Translations under genes and position numbers: made by a program | Source of the DNA: Betaproteobacteria bacterium | GTDB lineage: Bacteria > Pseudomonadota > Gammaproteobacteria > Burkholderiales > SG8-39 | DNA: 64,000 nt | Direction of reading: 5' to 3' | NCBI GenBank assembly: GCA_016195915.1 | Contig: JACPYS010000028.1 | Coordinates: 132,542 to 196,541, forward strand | Notes under the pieces: generated by a model | What the model saw: only the letters and a program-made list of their open reading frames with translations | What the model was told of the DNA's origin: nothing | Databases searched by the model: none | Shown here: in pieces, positions 57,478 through 64,000 of the stretch | How positions within the stretch are numbered: the first letter of the stretch is position 1 | Layout of the letters: each line of letters opens with the position of its first letter

Positions 57478-58620
57478 TCAGTCGTGTTGCTTGAGGAAAT
57501 CGCGCAGGCCCGGCCATTCGCGCGGATCAGGAATCGCGCCAAGCCCGGGCTCCTCGGAAAGCGCGCAAGCGCCTTCGCGCAGACGCGCCAGCGGGCCGTA
57601 GAGCTCGGTGCGCAGCGGGTTGTCGTTGGCGTCCACCTCCAGCATTCCGTCGCCGCCGGCGGCAGCGAGCAGGTGCGCCGAGGCGAGCAGGCCGATGCCC
57701 CCGCCGAGGTAGTGCGGGCAATAGCGCAGGCCTGCCGCGAGAATCTTCTTTGCCACCGGCAGGCAGCCGGAAAATCCGCCCCATTTCGCCATGTCGGGCT
57801 GGACGACGCGCAGCACCCGCGAGGCGAGTGCAGCGTCGAACTGTTCCTCGCCGGCGACATTCTCGCCGGCGGCGAGCGCAATGTTCGTGGACCGCACAAG
57901 CGTCTGCCATTCGCTCCACGGACGGTCGGCGCGCAGCGGCTCCTCGAGCCACTTCAGGCCGAAGGCCTCGAGTCTTGGCGCCATCTCTACCGCGGCATCG
58001 AGCGACCAGGCTTGGTTGGCATCCACCATCAGGTCGACATCGCGGCCCAGCGTCGCGCGCAGCGCTTTCAGGTTAGCGAGGTCGCGCTCGGGGCCGAAGC
58101 CGATCTTCAGCTTGAAGGCGCGATAGCCCTCGTCGTGCCGGCGTGCGGCGAGCTTCTCGGGCTGGTCGGGATTGAGCCCGCTTGCGTAGACCGGAACACG
58201 CGGTGACGCGCCGCCGAGCAGCCGCCAGAGGGGCTGCTTTCTCTTGCGTGCCGCAAGGTCCCAGAGCGCGATGTCGACGCCCGCGATTGCCTGCGCGATG
58301 GGGCCGCGCTCGCCCGACTGGATCGCGAGTACCTCGGTGCGCGCCGTGAGCAGCCGGAAGGCGTCGGCCGGCGTCGCGAACTCGGCGCCTTCGACGAGCG
58401 GCGCGAGGACGCTCGCCACGAGCCTTGCGCGGTGCTCGGCGCCGACCGTAGGGAAGTTGCACCACGCCTCGCCCCAGCCGGCGACACCATCTCCGTCCTC
58501 GGCGCGCACCAGCAGCATCGGCCGGTCGTGCATCACGCCGAAGGAGGTGCGCACCGGCGTTTCGACCGGGTAGCGGAACACCAGGGGGCGCAGCGAACGG
58601 ACGCGAAAACGCGTGCTCAC
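57478..58620 (-). CDS. Enolase-superfamily enzyme (mandelate racemase/muconate lactonizing enzyme family, acid-sugar dehydratase-like)
   Basis: MR/MLE N- and C-domain similarity (VDANQAW, WLEEP, GENV). Confidence 0.88.
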   Translation of the reverse strand: MSTRFRVRSLRPLVFRYPVETPVRTSFGVMHDRPMLLVRAEDGDGVAGWGEAWCNFPTVGAEHRARLVASVLAPLVEGAEFATPADAFRLLTARTEVLAIQSGERGPIAQAIAGVDIALWDLAARKRKQPLWRLLGGASPRVPVYASGLNPDQPEKLAARRHDEGYRAFKLKIGFGPERDLANLKALRATLGRDVDLMVDANQAWSLDAAVEMAPRLEAFGLKWLEEPLRADRPWSEWQTLVRSTNIALAAGENVAGEEQFDAALASRVLRVVQPDMAKWGGFSGCLPVAKKILAAGLRYCPHYLGGGIGLLASAHLLAAAGGDGMLEVDANDNPLRTELYGPLARLREGACALSEEPGLGAIPDPREWPGLRDFLKQHD

Positions 58621-59372
58621 GGTTTGAGGTCTATCTCGAGGTGCACGTAATCCCCGCGGTAGGTCACCTCGGCAAGGTAGACCACCGTGCCGTCGGGCGC
58701 GTTGAACACGCGGCGCACTTCGGCGACCGGCGAATTGACCGGGATCTTCAGGTGTTCGGCCACTTCCGTTTCAGCCGCAGCGACATTGAGCGTCTGGCGC
58801 GCGCGCGCGATCTTCAGCCCGGGCATGCCGGCGAGGATCGGGATGACGACCTCGCGCCGGAAGCGCTTCGGCGCGCGCCTGAACACCCGGTCATCCAAGT
58901 AGATCGAGATCACGCAGTACGGCGTGCCATCGCGAAAGTGCACGCGCCGCATGTAGAAATATTTCCCCGCCGCCTTGCCGTCCTTGTCGGTCAGCCTCGG
59001 CACCGCGTTCGATTCGACGATATTGAGCAGCTGCGGCTTGTCGCCGCGGTACATGTCGACCAGGTCCCTGAGCGTCGTCTCGACCCGCAGCCGACGCTCG
59101 GCGCCGGGCTGCGCCGTGACGAAGGTGCCTCGTCCCTGTTGCGCCGACAGAAGTCCCTCTCGCTCGAGCACGTCGACCGCCGTGCGCACCGTGACGCGCG
59201 CAACGTCGAACTCGCGCGTCAGCTCGTCGAGCGAGGGCAGGCGCTGCCCCGAGGGCCAGGCGCCGCGTGCGATGCGCCGCCGAAACAGGTCCACGAGCTG
59301 CACGTAGCGCGGAATCGGACTGTCGCCGAAGTAGCGGTGCATGGGGCGTGCGAGGCCTTTTGTGCTGGTCAT
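58617..59372 (-). CDS. GntR-family (HutC/UTRA subfamily) transcriptional regulator
   Basis: LPSLDELTREFDVARVTVRTAVDVLEREGLL wHTH plus a UTRA-like C-terminus. The start is uncertain (ATG 59372 or 59342). Confidence 0.85.
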   Translation of the reverse strand: MTSTKGLARPMHRYFGDSPIPRYVQLVDLFRRRIARGAWPSGQRLPSLDELTREFDVARVTVRTAVDVLEREGLLSAQQGRGTFVTAQPGAERRLRVETTLRDLVDMYRGDKPQLLNIVESNAVPRLTDKDGKAAGKYFYMRRVHFRDGTPYCVISIYLDDRVFRRAPKRFRREVVIPILAGMPGLKIARARQTLNVAAAETEVAEHLKIPVNSPVAEVRRVFNAPDGTVVYLAEVTYRGDYVHLEIDLKP

Positions 59373-59437
59373 TCTATTTATGGTACCTTTAGCCCACTGC
59401 GCCGGCAACCGACTTCTCCGGCCGGCATCCAGCGACA

Positions 59438-60199
59438 GTGAGTTCGAGCTTGCGGCGCGCCTTTTTCATCCTCGTACCATGGGCGACGATCGTCGTCCTC
59501 TGGTACGCGATCCATTACAGCGGACTGGTCAATCCCGCCCTGGTGCCGACGCCGCATTCGGTGGCGCTGCGGTTCTGGGAGCTCGCCGGCCAGCGCCTGC
59601 CGCGCGATATCTGGATGTCGACGCAGCGCGTGTTTCTTGGCGTTACCTTGGGCATCCTGCTCGCCGTGCCGGTGGCCTTCGTGCTCGGCTGGTACCGCGA
59701 GGTGCGTGGCTTTATCGATCCACTGCTCAACTTCTTCCGCGCGCTGCCGCCGATCGCGCTGATCCCGCTGGTGATCGTCTACTTCGGCATCGGAGAAACG
59801 GCCAAGGTGGTGATCCTCTTTTACGCCTCGTTCTTCTCCGGTGTGATCGTGATGTACGAGGGCATCGCGCAGATCAGCCCGATTTACGTGCGCGTCGCGC
59901 GCACTCTGGGCGCGAGGGACTTCGAGATTTTCCTCAAGGTGATCGTGCCGCTTACCGTGCCCCACATGCTCACCGCGCTGCGCGTGGCGCTGGGCGTCGC
60001 CTGGGCGACGCTGGTCGCGTCCGAGCTGATCGCGGCGCAGCAGGGGCTGGGCTCGCTGATCCAGAACGCCGCGTCGTTCTTCCAGCTTGACATCATCTAC
60101 GTCGGCATCATCTGCATTGGTTTCATCGCTCTGGCGATGGACCTGGGACTGCGCGCCGTGGCGCGGCAGCTCGTGGCCTGGCAGGAGCGCATCGCATGA
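59438..60199 (+). CDS. ABC transporter permease, NitT/TauT (sulfonate/nitrate/taurine) family
   Basis: EAA-loop region ARTLGARDFEIFLKVIVPL. GTG start. Confidence 0.85.
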   Translation: MSSSLRRAFFILVPWATIVVLWYAIHYSGLVNPALVPTPHSVALRFWELAGQRLPRDIWMSTQRVFLGVTLGILLAVPVAFVLGWYREVRGFIDPLLNFFRALPPIALIPLVIVYFGIGETAKVVILFYASFFSGVIVMYEGIAQISPIYVRVARTLGARDFEIFLKVIVPLTVPHMLTALRVALGVAWATLVASELIAAQQGLGSLIQNAASFFQLDIIYVGIICIGFIALAMDLGLRAVARQLVAWQERIA

Positions 60200-61017
60200 G
60201 CGCGCCGGCCGGAAACAAGGACCGAATCGCGTTCGACCGGGTCTCGGTCGAGTTTCAGACCGCGGCCGGACCGCTGCGGGTGGTGGACGACGTTTCCTAC
60301 CAGATCGGCGACGGCGAGTTCGTCGCGGTGATCGGCCCGTCGGGCTGCGGCAAGACCACGATGATGAACATCGTCGCCGGTTTCGTAGAACCGAGTTCGG
60401 GAGCCGTGCTGCTCGACGGCAGGCCGGTAGCGGGGCCGGGACCCGATCGTGGCGTAATCTTTCAGGAGTACGGCGTGTTTCCCTGGCTGACGGTAAAACA
60501 GAACATCGCATTCGGCCTCAAGCTGCGCGCGAACCGCGTGCCGCAGGGCGAGCGCGAGGAAATCTGTGCACGCTACATGCGCCTCATGGGCCTGGCCGAT
60601 TTCGCGGACGCATGGCCGAAGACGCTTTCGGGCGGCATGCGCCAGCGCCTCGCGATCGCGCGCGCCTATTCGGTCAGACCAGAATTTCTGCTGATGGACG
60701 AGCCTTTCGGCGCGCTCGACGCGCAGACGCGCAGCGCCATGCAGGACCTGCTGCTCGAAGTGCTGCAAGCCGAAGGCAAGACGGTGATGTTGATCACTCA
60801 TTCGGTCGAGGAGGCCGTGTACCTCTCCAACCGGATCATCGTCATGACGGCGCGGCCGACGCGCATCCGCGAAATCATCGAGGTGCCGTTCGGCTACCCA
60901 CGCGAGGAATCGCTGCACGAGAAACCCGAGTTCGGCGAGCTCAGATCGCACGTTCGCGAGCTGGTGATGAAGGAGTACGCCGTGCAGGCGCGGCAGAGGA
61001 CACGCATGTCCGATTGA
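60196..61017 (+). CDS. ABC transporter ATP-binding protein, NitT/TauT family
   Basis: GPSGCGKTT, LSGGMRQRLAIARA, LLMDEPFGALD. The ATG overlaps the permease stop. Confidence 0.9.
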   Translation: MSAPAGNKDRIAFDRVSVEFQTAAGPLRVVDDVSYQIGDGEFVAVIGPSGCGKTTMMNIVAGFVEPSSGAVLLDGRPVAGPGPDRGVIFQEYGVFPWLTVKQNIAFGLKLRANRVPQGEREEICARYMRLMGLADFADAWPKTLSGGMRQRLAIARAYSVRPEFLLMDEPFGALDAQTRSAMQDLLLEVLQAEGKTVMLITHSVEEAVYLSNRIIVMTARPTRIREIIEVPFGYPREESLHEKPEFGELRSHVRELVMKEYAVQARQRTRMSD

Positions 61018-61034
61018 CCCACAAGGAGGAGACC

Positions 61035-62039
61035 ATGAGCATGAATCGTAGAAAGTTTCTGCAAGGAACCGGCGCGGCGCTCGGCCTGTCGGCGGCGGGC
61101 GCCCCGGCGATCGCGCAGGGGCGCACCAAGGTGAAGGTGGGCTACCTGCACACTCTCGCCGTGGACGGCCAGATCTGGACCGGCATGAACCGCGGCAGCT
61201 TTGCCAAGGAGGGCGTCGACCTCGACATGGTGCAGTTCACCACGGGGCTCGAGCTGTTCCAGGCGATGATCGGCGGCAGCATTGACATGCTCGCGACCGG
61301 CGCGGTGATTTCGAATTTCCCGGCGCGTGGGCAGGGCAAGGCGTTCCTGATCAACAACGTCGAATTCGCGACGGCGCAGCTCTGGGTACGCGAAGACATG
61401 GGAATCAAGAGCTTCGCCGATCTCAAGGGCAAGACGATCTCCACCACCACGGGAACGACGGCGCACGTGTTTCTCGACAGCGCGCTGCGGGCGAACAAGC
61501 TTGACCCGACGAAGGACGTCGAGATCATCAATCAGCGCATGGCCGAGGCGGTGACCTCGTTCATTTCCGGCGCGGTCCCGGCGGTGGCGCTGTGGGTGCC
61601 GTTCAACATCACGGTGCGCAGCAAGGTGCCGGGCGCGAAGATGCTGGTGGACGCCTCGGCGTACTATCCGCAGGCGGCGATCGTGGGCGGGTGGGCGACG
61701 CACGCCGACTACTACGCGAAGAACCGCGACGTGATCCCGCGCATCATCCGCGGCTGGGTCGACGCCAACGACTACATCATCAAGAACCCGGATGCGGTGC
61801 TCGAGATGCTGCAGAAAAACTACTACCAGCAGGTGCCGGTCACCGACCTGAAGGAACAGTACAAGGCGCAGAAGATGTTCCTGTCGGGCGAGTGGCGCAA
61901 GATGTACGCGGACGGTACGGTGACCAAATGGCTGCAGCAGGTGACGGACTTCTTCGTGCGTTTCGGCGGCATCCAGAACGCCGTGCCCGCATCGACGTAC
62001 TTCGACACCAAGCCTTACCTCGACACCGTCAAGGGCTGA
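61035..62039 (+). CDS. ABC transporter substrate-binding protein (NMT1/SsuA/TauA-like) with Tat signal
   Basis: AAGGAGGAG SD; MSMNRRKFLQGTGAALGLSAAGAPAIAQG. Confidence 0.85.
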   Translation: MSMNRRKFLQGTGAALGLSAAGAPAIAQGRTKVKVGYLHTLAVDGQIWTGMNRGSFAKEGVDLDMVQFTTGLELFQAMIGGSIDMLATGAVISNFPARGQGKAFLINNVEFATAQLWVREDMGIKSFADLKGKTISTTTGTTAHVFLDSALRANKLDPTKDVEIINQRMAEAVTSFISGAVPAVALWVPFNITVRSKVPGAKMLVDASAYYPQAAIVGGWATHADYYAKNRDVIPRIIRGWVDANDYIIKNPDAVLEMLQKNYYQQVPVTDLKEQYKAQKMFLSGEWRKMYADGTVTKWLQQVTDFFVRFGGIQNAVPASTYFDTKPYLDTVKG

Positions 62040-62055
62040 AGCCTGGCGGACCGGG

Positions 62056-63654
62056 TTGGACGCGTTCGATTACATCGTCGTCGGGGCCGGTTCAGCGGGC
62101 TGCGTGCTCGCCAATCGGCTCTCGGTCGACCCGAATTTGCGGGTGCTATTGCTCGAAGCGGGCGGGTCGGACCGCAACTTCTGGATCCACCTGCCCGTCG
62201 GCTACTTCAAGACCATCTACGACACGCGATTTTCGCGCCTGTTCGATACCGAGCCCTGCGAGGGCAGCGCGGGGCGCAACATCATCTGGCCACGCGGCCG
62301 GGTCATTGGTGGTTCGTCGTCGATCAACGGGCTGATCTTCATTCGCGGACAGCACGAGGACTTCGACGACTGGGCGCGGCTCGGGGCCGCGGGCTGGAGC
62401 TACCGCGAAGTGCTGCCCCACTTCCGCCGCCTCGAGTGCTACGAGGGCGGCGAAAGCGAATACCACGGCGCACGGGGCGAACTCGGTGTTTCGAACCTCC
62501 GCAACGACCACCCTTACTGCGATGCCTGGGTCGAAGCGGGGACCCAGTACGGGCTGCCGCGCAATGCCGATTTCAATGGCGCGAGCACCTTCGGCGTGGG
62601 CGCGTACCAGCTGAGCATCAAGGGCGGGTGGCGCTCGAGCGCCGCGGTGGCTTTCCTGCGCCCGGCGCGCAGCCGCCCGAATCTCAGACTGCGTTCCGGT
62701 GCGCACGTTACGCGCGTGTTGTTCGAGAAGGGCGTGGCGGTCGGAGTCGAATGGCTCGAGCGCCGAGCGCGCCGCCAGGCGCGCGCCGAGCGCGAGGTGA
62801 TCCTCGCTGCGGGCGCGATCCAGTCGCCGCAGATCCTTCAGCTCTCGGGTGTCGGGTCCGCGAAACTGCTCGAGTCGCACGGCATCACCGTGCGCGCCGA
62901 TTCCCCCGGCGTGGGCGAGAACCTCCAGGACCATTACCAGGCGCGCACCATCTTGCGCCTGAAGAAGCGCATGTCTCTGAACGACGACGTAAGGAATCCC
63001 CTCAAGCTCGCCGCAATGGGACTGCAGTGGCTGCTGCGGAATTCCGGGCCGCTTACGGTCGGCGCGGGGCAGGTGGGCGGCGCCGCCTGCACCGAGCATG
63101 CGAAGAACGGCCGCCCGGACGTGCAGTTCAACGTCATGCCGCTGTCGGTAGACAAGCCGGGCGACCCGTTGCACGACTATTCCGGCTTCACCGCCGCAGC
63201 ATGGCAATGCACGCCCGCGTCGCGCGGCAGCGTGCGCATCCGCTCGGGCGATCCGCTTGCCGCGCCGCGCATCGAAACCAACTACCTGGCCGAGGAGATC
63301 GACCGCAGGGCGCTGGTCGCCGGCGTGAAGATCCTGCGCGAGATCTACCGGCAGCCTGCGTTCCGCGACCTGTGGGACGTCGAAGTCATGCCGGGTCCCC
63401 GGGCGGGCGACGAGCGCAGCATCCTCGATTTCGCACGCGCTCAGGGAGGCACCGTGTTCCACGCCTGCGGCACTTGCCGTATCGGCAACGACGCGAGCGC
63501 GGTGGTCGACCCGCAGCTGCGCGTCAGAGGCGTCGAGCGGATGCGCGTGATCGACGCGTCGGTGATGCCGACAGTGACCTCAGCGAACATCAATGCCGCC
63601 TCGCTGATGATCGGAGAAAAGGGCGCCGATCTGGTGCTGCGCGGCGTGAGCTGA
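62056..63654 (+). CDS. GMC family oxidoreductase (second copy)
   Basis: FDYIVVGAGSAGCVLANRL, GGSSSINGLIFIRG, HACGTCRIG. TTG start. Confidence 0.9.
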   Translation: MDAFDYIVVGAGSAGCVLANRLSVDPNLRVLLLEAGGSDRNFWIHLPVGYFKTIYDTRFSRLFDTEPCEGSAGRNIIWPRGRVIGGSSSINGLIFIRGQHEDFDDWARLGAAGWSYREVLPHFRRLECYEGGESEYHGARGELGVSNLRNDHPYCDAWVEAGTQYGLPRNADFNGASTFGVGAYQLSIKGGWRSSAAVAFLRPARSRPNLRLRSGAHVTRVLFEKGVAVGVEWLERRARRQARAEREVILAAGAIQSPQILQLSGVGSAKLLESHGITVRADSPGVGENLQDHYQARTILRLKKRMSLNDDVRNPLKLAAMGLQWLLRNSGPLTVGAGQVGGAACTEHAKNGRPDVQFNVMPLSVDKPGDPLHDYSGFTAAAWQCTPASRGSVRIRSGDPLAAPRIETNYLAEEIDRRALVAGVKILREIYRQPAFRDLWDVEVMPGPRAGDERSILDFARAQGGTVFHACGTCRIGNDASAVVDPQLRVRGVERMRVIDASVMPTVTSANINAASLMIGEKGADLVLRGVS

Positions 63655-63665
63655 TTGGAGAAAGC

Positions 63666-64000
63666 ATGTACGAGTACGGAAATCTGATTGCGGGCAACTG
63701 GGTCAAGGGCGAGGGCGGTGCGTTCGAGACGCGCAATCCCGCGCGCCCGGGCGAGGTGATCGGCCGCTATGTCGCCGCCTCCGCCGAACAGGTTGCGGCG
63801 GCGGTCGCCGCAGCGCGCGAGGCGCAGCGTGCGTGGCGCAGCGTTCCCTCGGTCGAGCGCGGCGCGACCTTCGGCAAATTCATCGCCGCACTGGAGGCGA
63901 AGGCCGAGGACTTGGCGCGCTCCATCACGCTCGAACAGGGCAAGCCTTTGGCGGAATCGCGCGGCGAGGTGGCGAAGTCCTGCGCCGAAGCGCGTTTCAT
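63666..64000 (+). CDS. Aldehyde dehydrogenase (3' end outside window)
   Basis: ATG 63666 gives MYEYGNLIAGNWVKGEGGAFETRNPARPGEVIG...EQGKPLAESRGEV, a typical ALDH N-terminus. The frame is open to the window end. Confidence 0.85.
   Translation, partial: MYEYGNLIAGNWVKGEGGAFETRNPARPGEVIGRYVAASAEQVAAAVAAAREAQRAWRSVPSVERGATFGKFIAALEAKAEDLARSITLEQGKPLAESRGEVAKSCAEARF

Overview
High-GC (roughly 65%) proteobacterial chromosome segment. The Bug-family binding protein and the many Liv, TRAP and NitT/TauT transporters suggest a betaproteobacterium, but that is inference only. I saw no rRNA, tRNA, CRISPR array, integrase or transposase. About 60 genes are supportable. Main blocks: (a) 0-8.6 kb: partial Sir2/CobB, an M20 amidohydrolase with an in-frame TGA, an adhC/aldehyde dehydrogenase/Fe-ADH set, a decayed vapBC, and a divergent GS-like/URO-D-like pair. 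(b) 8.6-22.4 kb: one long, tightly coupled minus-strand operon (class V aminotransferase, Liv-type ABC transporter with fused permease, hydantoinase/oxoprolinase HyuA/HyuB, three SDRs, Gfo/Idh/MocA, OsmC, binding protein), with a divergent Lrp/AsnC regulator. (c) 23-31.4 kb: a GMC oxidoreductase, then iscR-sufA-sufBCDSU-nfu behind a clear promoter with two IscR boxes. (d) 31.5-36.2 kb: a second Liv transporter. (e) 36.4-37.3 kb: a toxin-antitoxin cassette with a frameshifted toxin, next to a livH remnant. (f) 37.4-47.3 kb: a SelA-like PLP enzyme, a second HyuB/HyuA pair, an intact vapBC, a TRAP transporter and a 2-hydroxyacid dehydrogenase. (g) 47.3-53.7 kb: a lower-GC defence islet. (h) 53.7-64 kb: a decayed aminotransferase, a Bug binding protein, sulfatase/enolase-superfamily/GntR genes, a NitT/TauT ABC transporter, a second GMC oxidoreductase and a partial aldehyde dehydrogenase. 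The stand-out is the islet. It is a Type III restriction-modification operon with a HEPN (HI0074-like, intact Rx4H) gene between mod and res. The cognate minimal nucleotidyltransferase (MNT antitoxin-type) domain is fused to the N-terminus of Res. A second NTase-fold/XRE-HTH gene pair follows. Many long ORFs in the six-frame track are antisense shadow ORFs typical of high-GC DNA and are not reported. The track treats GTG and TTG as start codons, so several starts were re-placed by homology and by start/stop overlap.
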